A stretch of DNA of 64,000 nucleotides from Callorhinchus milii (GCF_018977255.1 NW_024704743.1:40612001-40676000), one strand, 5' to 3'. Shown: positions 1 to 12,977, counted from the first letter of the stretch. The notes: generated by a model from the sequence alone, not told the origin. Numbers and translations: made by a program.

Positions 1-140
1 TTATATTTATGGCCACTGGTTTTGGTCTCCCCCACAAGTGAAAACATCTCTGACTACCCTATCAAAACTGTTCATAATTTTAATGATCTCTATTAGGACA
101 CCCCTCATGCTTCTATGACATTATTCAAGAAGAGAAGTGA
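1..140 (-). mobile_element. CR1 LINE 3' ORF2 fragment
   Basis: Aligns by eye with the CR1 copy at about 36640-36760 (ggttttggtctcccccacaagt...ctatcaaaa). Confidence 0.75.
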
Positions 141-1626
141 GTTTTTCCAGGTTTCCTGGCCAACAATCCCGCAAATAAAATGGGTCAATGGCTTCAGTCG
201 TCCAGTTGAAATATTACAGTGTGCAAATCTCCTGTAGCTTTGCCTACAGATAGACAGTTATCATATTTCACTTTGAAATCTTGTGAAGCACTTTGAAAAC
301 TTTGGAGAACATGATGAGGTGCTGTATCAAATGTAAGTATTATTATTATAAAACTAACATGCCATGGTATATTAGTTGTATATATAAAAATAGGCACAAC
401 ATTGTGAATACATACAGTGGCTTTATTGCAGATAGATGCTTCATCATTTATGGTGCTTTATCTTAACATGGTAAATGATGCATCATTTATACTGACATGT
501 GTGCTTAGTGCAGCAAACTTGCTATAATAGTTGCTAAGCAACGGTTAACAAATCTTGTCACAATTGTAAGCACTTCTGCATCCAAGCTCACCATGCACAC
601 AGCCTAGTTCACAGTTCAGATAAGTACAGCCTTGCTGCACCGTATGGGGCAATTCTCTTCTCCACAGTCTCTCAGGCCTTTTGGAAGCGCTGTGTGTTAA
701 ATTGGAGCCAGCTTTGTGCTATTCACTTTTTGTTTATCGACTCAGACAAGACGGTGATTGCCAATTATATATTTCACATGGGACTCTCGAGAGTTGATTT
801 TCATCTTCCACGTATAAGCAAAATCTGAACTCAGGTTTCTAGAAGTGAAAGAGTGATAGACCCAAGCCCCCATCAAGAATTAAGCCTATATGGTGGGCAC
901 ATTTTATTATAAGCAAATTAATGAATAATGATTGCACCTTATCTTCATTTTAATGGTGCACCTGTTTCATTGCAAAAAGATTTATTTCTTCTTTATAGCC
1001 TGATACAACAACAAGATTACATTTGTATAGCGCCTTTCACGTTGGGAGGATGTCCCAAGGTGCTGGCCTTGGCGCCAGATACAATGAATAATGTTGAGTA
1101 GTTCTTCATAGACATCCAGTAATAAAGAGATAGTCACAGGTTCTTGAATTCAATAGGATATGAAAAGCAATGATTGTTAAAAGGTTTCTCAATAAGGATT
1201 CAAAGTCGCAAATGGGAACATTTATGGTAAGCAGAAATCCAGCACGCTAACTCTTGGGAGTATATGTAGTAGATGGAGTTTGTGTTTTGTTCCCATGGCT
1301 CTGCATTGTGTACATCTGGTTACTGGAAGGAGTTTCATTTGTAATTCAGAATTCTTATTAAAGAATAATGTGTTAGATTTTACACTCCGATATCCAGCTG
1401 TCTTTAAAATCTGACTGGCGGTGGATGAATTGAACATGGCTTTCTGTTGCACGTACTATTTTCTGCTTTGTAAACCAATACGCTTAGAACATAACTAGGT
1501 TCCAATTTGCAATATTTGAAAAATGCATTTATTGCCAACAAATCAGAAATCGCAAATTGGTGAAGCCTGAAATAAAAGATTGCTGAGCAAACACTTTCCT
1601 TAATAAACTCCTATTCTCTCACCCAT

Positions 1627-2520
1627 TGTGCCCAGTGCTCCTTCAAAACCTGATAAGATAAGTATGAATTTCCTACAGTTGAATGTGAACAAGACTGAGG
1701 CCCTCCTGATTGGCTCGCGCCAGCGCCTCTGCACCTCAGGCTCTGGCAGCATCAACCTCCAGGGTTGCACACTACAACTCACCAAGCCATTCAGGAACCT
1801 CGGTGTCTTGTTCGACCCTCAACTGTCTTTTCTCCCCCACATCCAAGCCATGACCCGCTCTGCCTTCCCTCACCTCCGTAACATCGCCCGACTCCACCAG
1901 TACCTCACCCCTCAGGCCACTGAAACTCTTGTTCATGCCTTCATCACCTCCAGGCTCAACTATGCAAACCCCCTGCTTGTCGGCCTTCCCAACTCCTCCC
2001 TCCACAGGCTGCAGATAATCCAGAACTCTGCAGCCCGTGTCCTCTCCTGCACCAAACTCTGTGACCCCATCTCCCCCACTCTCGCCTGACTCCACTGGCT
2101 CCCTATCCTTCAGAGGATCCAGTTCAAGATCCTGGTCCTCACCTACAAAGCCCTCCATGGCCTCGTCCAATCCTACTTCTACGACCTCCTAATCCCCTAC
2201 CAACCCACCCACTCACTCTGCTCAGCCGGCTCTGGCCTGCTCCACGTCCCCCAACCCACCCGCCCCACCATTGGCGGAAGAGCCTTCAGCCACTCTGCCC
2301 CCAACCTCTTGAATTCATCCCCCAGTCACTCCCTTTCGCCCCCTCCTTAGCCTCCTTCAAGTCCCGCCTCAAAACCCTCCTCTTCGACCATGCCATCGAT
2401 TACTCCCCTCCCTTCTCCCCCACTGACCCCAGCTTGGGTCTGAAATGCTGTACACTGTCCAGCACCTTGGGATGTCCTCCCGATGTGAAAGGCGCTATAC
2501 AAATGTAATCTTGTTGTTGT
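1627..2520 (+). mobile_element. L2-clade LINE, 5'-truncated (end of ORF2, 3'UTR, tail)
   Basis: Translation NFLQLNVNKTEALLIG...RNLGVLFDPQLSF...LVHAFITSRLNYAN...LQIIQNSAARVL is typical L2 ORF2 C-terminus. Ends aaaggcgctatacaaatgtaatcttgttgttg. Confidence 0.92.
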
Positions 2521-3369
2521 ATGAAAGGCACACAGAAGTATCTTATTTATAATATATATCATCCATGCTTTTGATATAGCATGTCGTCAAGACATATTAA
2601 AGTCCATTACAGGATTTATTGCAAAGTGTAGTGACTGTGTATTTTAAAGGAAGGAAGATGGGGAAAATGAATCCCAACTTACACTATACATAGAATGACA
2701 GACTGTGGAAGTGAAAAGGTCTGAAAATCCAAGTTCTCCTTTGAGGATGGGAAAGTATCATTACAGATAAACAATTTCCCCTGCACATGTCTTATTCTTT
2801 GAAGGTGATGGTTTGACTGGATAAAATTTCTTCTCAAAGTATTCCCTTCTCATTTTCTTTAAATAAATGCAGATCCTTGCTCTTTAATGTAATATTTCTT
2901 TGAATTTGCTATGAGGTCTATAAACATTTGAATGCTTCAATTCACAGGTAATTGTTTAAAGCACCCACTTGTTACCTTGCGGAATGTATTTGACATTATT
3001 GGGTTATGTTTAAACTTAGGGAGAGCAACATTCAGATCTTCACTTCCAGTTGGATGCAACCCAGAGTGGTACTATGAATGTCAACGGAAACTCCTGTACC
3101 AGCATGGAAACTGAATGAATACAACTATGCACTCACTTTGCCAGTATTCAGGAGGCTCTACTTTAGTCTAGTTTAAAGGATTTGATTGGTGCCATTGTGC
3201 ATGCTGTTCATTCAAGTAAGATAGAAGATAGTAAATAATATTTGGGTGACAATTATGATATGATAATAATAATAATCCTTGCATGATAAATGTCATTGGT
3301 GAAATATGTGAAACAAACCAGACTTTAACTACAACAACTATTTTGCATTGATTTAGCATTTTTCTGTCA

Positions 3370-3690
3370 GGAGATCATCACAAGGCACTTCAAACAGGCA
3401 ACTGGGAGCCTGAACTGAGGGTTGGAGGGCAGCTGAGACAGGAGTGTGGGGGAACAGTGACTAAAAGGGTGGTCAAAAAGTAAAGTCATATGGCGAGCTT
3501 TAAACTTGTGGAGGAAGAAGATAAGACAGAAGGACTCCTGGATGGGGTAGCAAAGAGTGGGGATAGAATGATTGAATGCCCACCCACTGATGGAGAGTGG
3601 GGTGAAGGATGAGAAGCAGATGGTGCTTACTTAGCAGATGGAGTAGCCGGGTTGGTAGGTGAAGCAGCTGAAGCCACCGACTACCACCAA
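3370..3690 (-). mobile_element. Old L2 3' fragment
   Basis: Purine-rich, degenerate similarity to reverse L2 3' region (aatgcccacccactgatggag; gtggtcaaaaag). Confidence 0.5.
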
Positions 3691-4237
3691 TGTTATTATT
3701 TCCCATGTTTGAGTGTTGCTGAACAGATTCAATAAATAAATTCATATCATAATTGTCACCCCCAAATATAAATTACCAATAAGGCATTTAACATATCCAG
3801 CTATGATCTAAAAGAAGCTCAATACGTTTTGTATATTATAAAGAGAGTTAGGAAGACACATTGAAGCAGAAAGTGCGCCACTTTCAGGCTTTCCCTTTCG
3901 GTACTGAATAAATTATTAATTTAAAATGTATGACAAGATTTTTTCCCCCACCAAATTCACTGTGATTTCTTTAATACAGGGATCAGATCAAAGCTCCACT
4001 TGTGATGTATTAACGGTTCAGAAATGCTTTGAGATTCTGTAACATTGCTGAAGGGGTCCCGGTTTTGCAGAAATAACACAAGTTAGACATGGGGTGATTT
4101 AACAGCAGCTAAACAACAGGGAAAATACATCTGTCCAACAAGCAGCCTTGTTCATGTGTAGTTAGTTGGTAATTTTTATTTCTGACTAATTCTGGTTGTC
4201 TTTCTCAAAGGCTGAGTAATAGACGAGAGAATGAACA

Positions 4238-4474
4238 AGGTCGATTGGCAGATTGCTTCTCCGGGTGTAATAATCCTTTCAAAAATAAAAAAAATAAGAA
4301 TCATTTGGTAACTCAATCCACGACTGTTTGTGGGACACTGCTGTGTGCAACTGGCTGCTGAGTATCGCCCACAAAGCATACAGTTAATTCACTTTATAGT
4401 ATATTCTGTGAAGCGCTTTGAGATGTCTCGAAGACATGATAAGGTGTTATATCAAATGAAAGGATTATTATTAT
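4238..4474 (+). mobile_element. SINE type A (long form), 5'-truncated
   Basis: gtcgattggcagattgc matches 61234 onward; shared tail ctgtttgtgggacactgctgtg...aaggattattatt. Confidence 0.8.
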
Positions 4475-6039
4475 AACAAGCGCATCACTCCTCCTCTCAG
4501 CAAGATTTAGGGGTTGGTCTGCCAGTGATTGGTATTGATTGCTTCTACTCTCTTAGAGATACTGGGGAAAAACATCTCTTTAGCTGTGAGAAAATATGAT
4601 AGCATAGTAACATAATTCATTGCAAAGTGGGAATTTTGCACATTTCACCCAACAGTTATAAAATAATTATGAATAATTCTAAAACCAAAATATTTATAAT
4701 TAAACGCTATTCCAGTCGCTAGGATTCACAAATGAAACATTTCTATCAATACGTTGAGAAACAGGTGCTGAACCAGTTCGGAAACAGCTGAGATGAAACC
4801 ATTTCTCCAGATGCCAGAGGCTTGTTCATCCCCAAAACTGACATAAGTGGCCAGAACAAAAAACAACCTCAAATAATGCTCTTGTGATAATTATAACCAG
4901 TGACAATCATTACGTTGCACTCTGTGAATTTTAGATTTAAAGTTAAAGATTCTAATTATATCAAATGTCAATCTTTTGCCCCATTGTTTCCATAATAAAA
5001 TATCCGACACATGGAATGTACATGTTGTAATAGAATCAGGAAAGATTTTGAATATTAATTGTGTCAATGAAATCTGCTTTGAATATAACAACCTCCAGAT
5101 AACCCGACCCTGGTTTAACATGTCACTACCCCTTAAGTTATCATGCTTTCAATATCACGCCCGCATTTATTTATGTATTTATGCATACGCCTAGCTTGCC
5201 GCTCTGGACAATTCGTCACTGAGACGTTGTCCCTTGGAGGGATGAGTTTTCAAGGAGTTTACTGTACATAACTTCAGGTTAAATTGGGGAAAAAAAGCTG
5301 TGCATGATTTTGTGAACAAACAAAAACAACCTTCTTTACACAGACTTGGTTTATCCAGCAATCCAATAATCTCAGGCTGATATAGCCAATTCTCGCACTA
5401 TTTTCCACAGACCTTAGATGCATTTGTACTGATTACCATCATATTCTTGACATAGCAGTTAGTTTGATTCATCTAGAGGCCACACCATGTGGTAAAAATA
5501 ATCAAAGCTCTATGAAATCTCAATTGTTACCATGCAACATTGATGGACAAGTCTTGTTATGATTTATTGGGAAAAGATTGGCTTTGTTGAATGAAGTAGA
5601 TAGGACGTACCAAAGCTATTTGGCGTGAATATCAGACAGTGCAGCTTTACCAATGATTTAAGAATCGAGAGATCCATTAATAACTTGCGTATCCACACAT
5701 AGTTTAAATAATTTGATTTTCATTTTTAACTTGCAGCGTTTTACAATGCATTTGTTGGGTCCGATGCTTGTTCCACACTGAAAGCTGCTCTGATCACAGA
5801 CATCAGGGTTTGAGTGCAACTAAAACAGGATACTAACCTCATTCAGTCAGTATCCTGTGAAGCAGCTCTCAAATGCAGCCTCCAGCCTCGAGCATTCCCA
5901 AATCCTGGAAGATGGCAATTATCCCTACAACAGTGCAAAAAGGATCAATGTAACAAGCTTAAGATGGATATCACCAGTTGAGAGAAATGTGATAATGAAC
6001 TGTTAGTCACACCAGTAAACAAGTTAACAGAGTTAGGTG

Positions 6040-6260
6040 TCACCCTAGCTCAGTTGGCAGTAGTCTAATTACTCATTAAGAAGTTTGGGGTTTCAAGACC
6101 TTGATAAACGTTTGAGTTCATAGTCTTGGCTGACATTTCAATTCACTACTGGTGGAACATCAGAAGTACTGTCCTTCACATGAGATGTTAAGCAGATAAT
6201 TGCTTGTTCAGGTGGAAGTTAAGGATCCCAAGGCACTGTTCAAGAAGAGAAGAAAATATT
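6040..6260 (+). mobile_element. SINE type B (Deu-domain-like), 5' part
   Basis: tagctcagttggcag head; tgagatgttaa...ttcaggtggaagttaaggatcccaaggcactgttcaagaagag core. Confidence 0.65.
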
Positions 6261-6276
6261 GTGTCTGTGTTGGCTC

Positions 6277-6912
6277 TTAAAAGAGAGAGTAGGGATAAAC
6301 GGATCCTTTTCAGATTGGCAGGATGTGATTAGTAGAATGCCACAAGGATCAATGCTTGGGCCTCAATTATTCACTGTCTATATAAATGATTTTGATGAGG
6401 AAATAGAACTTAACATATCTAAATGTGTGGACAATACGCAGATAGGTGGGGGAATAAGCTGTGAGGATGACACACGAAGAATGCAAAGTGAAATAGACAG
6501 GCTAGGCAAGTGGGCAAGAAGCTGGCAGATGGAGTATAATGTGGGGAAATGTACCTATTCACTTAGGTAGTAAAAATAGAAAAGCGGATTCTTTTCTAGA
6601 GGGGGAGAGACACTATAGTGTTAATGTACAGAGGGATTTGGGTGTCTTTGTACACCAGTCACAAAACGTTAGTATGCAGGTACAGCAACTAGGAAGGCTA
6701 ATGGCATTTTGGAGTTCGTTGCAAAAGGGTTAGTGTACAAAGGTAGGGAAGTCTTGCTGCAGCTGTATAAGGCCTTGGTGAGACCACACCTAGAATATTG
6801 TGTGCTCCTTATTTAAGAAAGGACATACTCGCCTTAGAGGCGTGCAACATAGATTCAGTATGTTAGTTCCTGGGATGAGGGAGTTGACCCATGAGGATAG
6901 GTTGAGTAAACG
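6277..6912 (+). mobile_element. CR1 LINE reverse-transcriptase fragment (decayed)
   Basis: RVGINGSFSDWQDVISRMPQGSMLGPQLFTVYIND...KCVDNT (degenerate FADDT)...WQMEYNVGKC; QRDLGVFVH; frameshifted. Confidence 0.92.
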
Positions 6913-6917
6913 AGGCA

Positions 6918-7715
6918 AAATGACAGTGGGATTGATTTCCAGAGGGTGGGAGCAGAGAGGCTGAAGGCCTGACTGCTGACAATGGGAAGGCGGGGGGGCG
7001 GGGGAGAATATGGAGCAGAGCAGAGCCTGCTGAGTAGAGGGAGCGGACGGGTTGATATGGCGTTAGTAGGTCACAGAGCTAGGAAGGGGCAAGGCCATAA
7101 AAGGCTTTTAAGAGTAGGACGAGCGTTTTGAAATCTATCCTATGTAGGATGGGGAGCCAGTGGAGTCGGATGAGGGTGGAGGTGATGGTGTCACAGAGCC
7201 TGGTGCGGGAGAGGACATGAGCTGCAGAGTTCTGGATGATATGCAGCTCATAGAGGGAAGAGTTGAGAAGGCCGACAAGCTGGGATTTGGCCGACTTGAG
7301 CCTAGATGTAGCAAAAATACGGATGAGAGGAGAGGCAGTGGTGGAGCTGGGCGATGTTGCGAAGGAGGGGCAAGGCAGAGCAGGTCATGGCACAGATGTG
7401 GGGTAGAAAGAACAGTTGATGGTCAAACAAGACCCCAAGGTTCCGGAATGGCTTAACAAGGTGGAATGTGCAACCATCGATGGTGTTGCTGCCAGTGCCT
7501 GAGATGTGGAGGTGCTGACGGGAATCATTCAGGAGAACCTCTGTCTTTTTGACATTCAACTGAAGAAAGTTAGCTCTCAGAACTTGATGTCTGACAGACA
7601 TCCTGTCAGGACAGCAGTGGTCCTCGAGTTGAGGTTGGAGCCAAAGAGATAGAATGGGGTATCAGCCACATACGTGTGAAAATTTACCTCATGTCTGTGG
7701 ATGATGTCACCAAGA
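6918..7715 (-). mobile_element. L2 LINE ORF2 fragment
   Basis: Minus ORF ANFLQLNVKKTEVLL...RNLGVLFDHQLFFLPHI, homologous to 1627-2520. Confidence 0.88.
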
Positions 7716-7754
7716 GGGAGCATATGGATCACATTCAATGTGCTGATGCAATCG

Positions 7755-8070
7755 TGTGTCAGCCTGGCTTAATTGGCAGCACTCTCACCTCTAAGTTAGA
7801 AGATTGTAGGTTCAAGCCCTCATATTGTATAGATGACACTCAAATGAGTTCAGATGTGCTGTGTCGCTGCAATGTTGGGGGGACCATACTTCGGATAAGA
7901 CATCAAACTGAGATCTGAGGTCCCTTGGTGCAATTCAAAAAAGAGATTTTATGGGACACTACTGTAATCAAATTGGCTGCCGCATTTGCCTACAAAGTAT
8001 ACACTTTACAGTAAATTCTGTAAGACTAAGATATGTGAAAATCCCATAACAAATGCAAGGATTATTGTTG
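7755..8070 (+). mobile_element. SINE type B, internally deleted
   Basis: Head ggcagcactctcacctctaagttagaagattgtaggttcaagccc; tail caaattggctgccgcatttgcc...aaatgcaaggattatt. Confidence 0.7.
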
Positions 8071-8289
8071 TGAAGACCACTTAATTCTACATAATAAAGA
8101 AAAGACAGAGGGGCTTCTTATTTGCCATAATTGTACTTAACTGTTTTACCATTGGATATACCCCAGGTGTTTACACTTGTACTTCGTGTTTCAAGGATCA
8201 AAACTGCTCACAATTTACAATCAAAGCTTATTTAGAGGTTTATATTCCAAAAACTTTTAGTGGCACATGTATCTCCACTGTGGACGCTG

Positions 8290-8465
8290 GATCCATTCTC
8301 ATTTTCAAGATTGAGGTGGATAGATATTTGTTAGGTCTGGGTATCAAGCGATACTGGACAAGGACAGGTAATTGGATTTGAGGTACAGATCAGCCATGAT
8401 CTTGTAGAAAGGCGGAACCGGCTCTAGGGTCTGAAGGGCCTATTCCTGATTCTATGTTGCTATAT
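8290..8465 (+). mobile_element. CR1 3' end
   Basis: aggtacagatcagccatgatctt...aagggcctattcctgattctatg, a CR1-type 3'UTR and tail. Confidence 0.75.
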
Positions 8466-9907
8466 TTTGCTTCCTATTTATTGTTACTATCTGTAATCTA
8501 GAGATCCAGAAAGCACTATCAGTCATGGAAGGTTATATTGCCATTCTAATTGAATATTCACTTTTTTCATTACCTTATCTATAATTGCACATAAAGTTGC
8601 CATCAGTTTTTCTTGATCTTGTTATTTTCTGCATATTAATTGAAAAACATTTTTTGAGTTTTTGGGATCCAATACAAAATTCATTCTAAAATGTACCTTA
8701 CCAGACAAGATACTTTTATTTTTAGATCTCTTCAAACCCCCTTTTGAAAAAAACATTTTTTGTTTTTCATATAAGACTGCACTATCGTTGTAAGAATTTG
8801 TATTGATTCAGAAAGACTAGAATTATAAGATTCTTTAATCCATTGCTTCATTGCTTTCTTTTGGCACCAGTTTCCATTAACTCTAACAATTTTGTGACCT
8901 ACAATACTTTACATTTATGTAGCAGGTTTCTCATCACCAACAATTACTTGCATTTCTATAGTATGCTTCACTTGGGGCAGTGTCTCAGAGCACATCCAGA
9001 CTACATCTCAAAGCACTTTACACAGCTGAGCCAGGGGACACCCGAGCCAGGGGGAAGGGGAAAATGCACAATAAGTTATGCAATACAAATCTTTTGTTTG
9101 ATGAAAAATGCAATGCATTTTTGTGAATTTATTATAATACCTACATTTGACATATCTCCTTTTATATCAGGAGGACCTCTCAAAGCACTTTACGGAGCTT
9201 ATTGTAAATTCCAAGTCCTGACATAGGGCATGAATCCACAACCTTCTTTTCAGTGGTGAGACAGCTTCCAACTGAGTCAGGCTGACAAACTTCAAAGACA
9301 TTGGAAAACAGGGAGATGCTAAAGACACTTTAAGATTAAAATAATTTATACTCCTATAAAACTCTATATGAGTGGCACATTTATTGAACAAAAAAGACTG
9401 CAGGAAACCTTTTCCAATTTTAAGACAGAGAAGAGTTTCAGACAAGGACTTTTTTCACTTACCATTTTAAGTTTTTAAAATATTCTTCAAGAAATCATGC
9501 TGTGGTAAATAGTTCAAAGCCCACCATTTGCAGATATCCTGCTGGAATGTAAAAGCTTCTTTGAAACACTTTCCAATTTATGACATCAAATTGAAATAAA
9601 TATATCCCTTTTAAGGCGTCAAACTTATTCACCTCATTCCCCACTACCAGGCACTGATTGATTTATTTCATCTGTGAGTTGACAGCTCAGCAAGGAAATT
9701 ACAGCACAGCAAAAACATACTGCGTGTGCACAGCAGTGAGCCATAGCTGTAAACCATTGTGCCATCCTGTATTAATTGTATAAATTGAAAGCAAACCTGT
9801 TAACCTATTACAACAGAATGTGGAATTGATGAAGAATGGTCATACCACCTGCAAAGCCTGGTTTTCGGAGCAGATTTTTATGTTCGCATGATACCCTTGT
9901 GCAATGT

Positions 9908-10337
9908 AGGACTCTCACTCTGAGTTAGAAGGTTGTGGGTTCAAGCCCCACATTGAAACTTGGAATCACATTATCTAGGATGACACTTCAATTCAGTGCT
10001 GGGGTGCATTACATTGTCAGACGTGCTGTCCTTTGGATAAGACATAAAACCAAGGCCCCGACTGTCTGTTCAGATGGACATTAAAGATTGTATGGCACTA
10101 TTCGAAAAATTTCTTTTCAGGGAGTTTCTCCCAGTGGCCTAGCCAACAATTCCCCAAGTAACGTTGGTCACTCACTCCATGGCTGTTTGTGGAACGTTGC
10201 TGTGCTCAAACTGGCTGCTGCGTTTCACCCACAATATACACACAGTCAATCCACTTTACAATATATTCTGTGAAGCACTTTAAGACATCTCAATGACATG
10301 ATAAGGAGCTATTTCAAATCCAAGGATTATTATTATT
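9908..10337 (+). mobile_element. SINE type B (tRNA head, Deu-like core, shared tail), near full length
   Basis: B-box gggttcaagccc; core tgtcctttggataagacataaaaccaaggccccgactgtctgttcagatggac...ggcactattcgaa; tail ends caaggattattattatt. Confidence 0.82.
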
Positions 10338-10413
10338 ATGTTTTGAGTTCTGGACAGATCTTAAGATGTGAGTTAATTTATGTATAGCAAAACACACATG
10401 CATTTGCTTCATC

Positions 10414-11105
10414 TCATAGAAACATAGAAACAGGAGTAGGTTATGTAGCCTCTCGAACGTGTTCTGCCATTCTATAAGATTATGGCTGATCTGTACCTCA
10501 ACCGCAATTATCCATCCTTGCCTCATATCCCTTGATACCCTGACCCAACAAATATCTTTCCACATCAGTCTTGAATATGTTAATGAATCCACCATCCACA
10601 GCATTTTAAGGGAGAGAATTCCAGATTTCCACTACCCTTTGGTTGAAAAACCAGCTCCTAATTTCACTTCTAAATGGCCTAGCTCTAACTTTAAGATTAT
10701 GCCCACTTGTTCTGGATTCCCCCACCAGAGGAAATAGCTTCTCAGTAACTACCTTATCGAATCCCTTTATTTTTAAAAATCTCAATCAAATCACCCTTCA
10801 ACCTTCTAAACTCAAGGGAAAATCCAAGGCTTCACTATAGACCTCTGGGGAGCATCACTTGTCACGTCAACACAATCAGAGAATATTCCTTTAATCCCTA
10901 CACTCTGTTTCCTGCCTCCCAACCAATTACCAAGCCATGTCACAAGGTTAACTCCGACTGCACGCACTTTTATTTTTGCAAATAACCTCTTGTGTGGAAC
11001 CTTACGAAATGCCTTCAGAAAGTCCATGGAGATGACAACCATAGACAAACATCATGTTAGTGAGCTCCTCAAAAAATTCAATTAGATTTGTTAGACATGA
11101 CCTAA
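10414..11105 (-). mobile_element. CR1 LINE, 3' end joined to an RT segment across an internal deletion
   Basis: Tail catagaaacatagaaa; minus ORF MDFLKAFRKVPHKRL...WLGNWLGGRKQSVGIKG. Confidence 0.88.
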
Positions 11106-11604
11106 TCTCTTCCATTATGGCACCAAGTTACTGTGATTGAATATTGTGATGAGGCTTTTGTTTGTAGATCAGAGAATGAGAAAAGAAAAGCCAAGCAGGA
11201 TTCCTCCTCATAAATCAAAATCAGTGATGTACTGTTCAAAAGTGTGTTTATTCAGTGAGGACAGGACTGGGCTCAGTCATAAAATGCAGAAATACTGCTG
11301 CAGATTCCAGAGGGCAACAAAGTCAATCATATATTTTACACTCAGAAGTGGAATAAGAGCATCAGACCTTGTTGATATTTTATGATTTTATTTTATGTGG
11401 GTAAGCTGGGTCACTAACACATGCAGCAAGCAACCCCTCACCTTGCTTAACAATATCAAACCAGAGTGAGAATTTTGCATATGTATGCTACTTATACATA
11501 CACATTTCCCTGGATCTGGAATGGAACAAATACCCTCGCCTTGGAGGGTTGCACCTCACCTATTTCCAGAGAATTGCAGGTCCAGATTGAAAAAAAAACA
11601 AATA

Positions 11605-11770
11605 CATTGTTCATTCACTTCATGTCTGTTTGTGGGACATTTATGTGTGCATATTAGCTGCCGCATTTGCCTATAAAATATACAATCATAATACTTTACA
11701 ATAAATCTTGTGAAGTGCTTTGAAACATCCTCCCGATGTTATAGGCATTCTATCCAATGTAAGGATTAGT
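11605..11770 (+). mobile_element. SINE shared 3' tail fragment
   Basis: ctgtttgtgggacatt...gctgccgcatttgcc...gtgaagtgctttgaaacatc. Confidence 0.7.
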
Positions 11771-12461
11771 AGAATTAAGGTAGTTATCTTGATTTTGCTC
11801 TTTGTGGTGATAAAACTGAAATAATTTCAAATAACATTGGAGTGGATAGTTTAATTTACTGCCAGTTGTAAATTAGGAATATTCTTGTTGAACAACATTG
11901 GATGTATGGTGGCTATGTTACTCGCTTTACACCTACTGGTTGAAAATAACTCATATTTTCTCCAGCAGCGGGAGAGGGATACACTTATTAAATGGCACTA
12001 ATTTAATTAAACATTGAATGTTGTATTAACACTGTTCAATGTGACCTTAAGATATTAGATTCAGTCTTCTGGCTGAGGTTCACTGACTGAGAATAGGATG
12101 TGTAGTGACATAATCTACTTAATATAACCAACGACCATACACTGTGATGACCTGCTAAGTAATTCTGAATACTGAATGCGCTTCACAAAGCCGCAGAGAA
12201 AAAGTACAGATATGATACTTGGATACAATGTACTGCTTGAAATGCAAGGATACTGAGGACTGCTTTATAAATCCATGATAGCCTGCAGTACCTCTAAATA
12301 CAGTACATTAATAATATCATTCATCTTAAGGAGATTTAGTATATTGCCTGTTCACATTGTTGAAAGGTTTCAAAGTGCTTCACAAGATTTACAATAAAGT
12401 AGCTGTGCATTTGACAAACAGTACAGATGACAGCTTTGTAAAATATAATTTAAAAAATTGT

Positions 12462-12730
12462 TGCCTTTGATAAGGCGCCTTATCATGTCTTCGAGAAGTC
12501 TCAAATAGCTTCATGGAATACACTATAAAGTGAATTGACTGTGTATTTTGTGGATGAAATATGGCAGCCAATTGCGCACAACAGTTTCCCACAAACAGTC
12601 ATGGATTGAGTGACCAAATTCGTCTTATTTTTTGAGGATATTATTAATACCCCCAGAAAATCAATCCTCCAATCAACAAATGACCTACTTACTGCTAGGT
12701 AAACAGACGCGAGTAGAGTAATGAAACTGT
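12462..12730 (-). mobile_element. SINE type A (long form)
   Basis: Reverse tail plus ctacttactactgctaggtaaacaga, the reverse of the 61196-61220 segment. Confidence 0.78.
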
Positions 12731-12917
12731 GAGGTGTGTGCTCTAACCACTACAGGATTCCAAATAAGGAACTACAGAAGATTAGGAAATAAATCGATCT
12801 ACAAACTGAATGTGGATGCACGTGGCAATATAAAACAAGCATAATTCCTATAAACATCAGTGCAAATGGGAATGTTGTTAAGGCAACTCAGAAATGGCTT
12901 CACAAGATTCCAAGTCC

Positions 12918-12977
12918 CAGCGCCTTGGGACGTCTCCCGACGTGAAAGGCGCTCTATAAATGGAATCTTGTTGTTGT
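12918..12977 (+). mobile_element. Minimal young L2 3' end (stem-loop and tail only)
   Basis: cagcgccttgggacgtctcccgacgtgaaaggcgctctataaatggaatcttgttgttg, near identical to 38186-38250. Confidence 0.85.
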
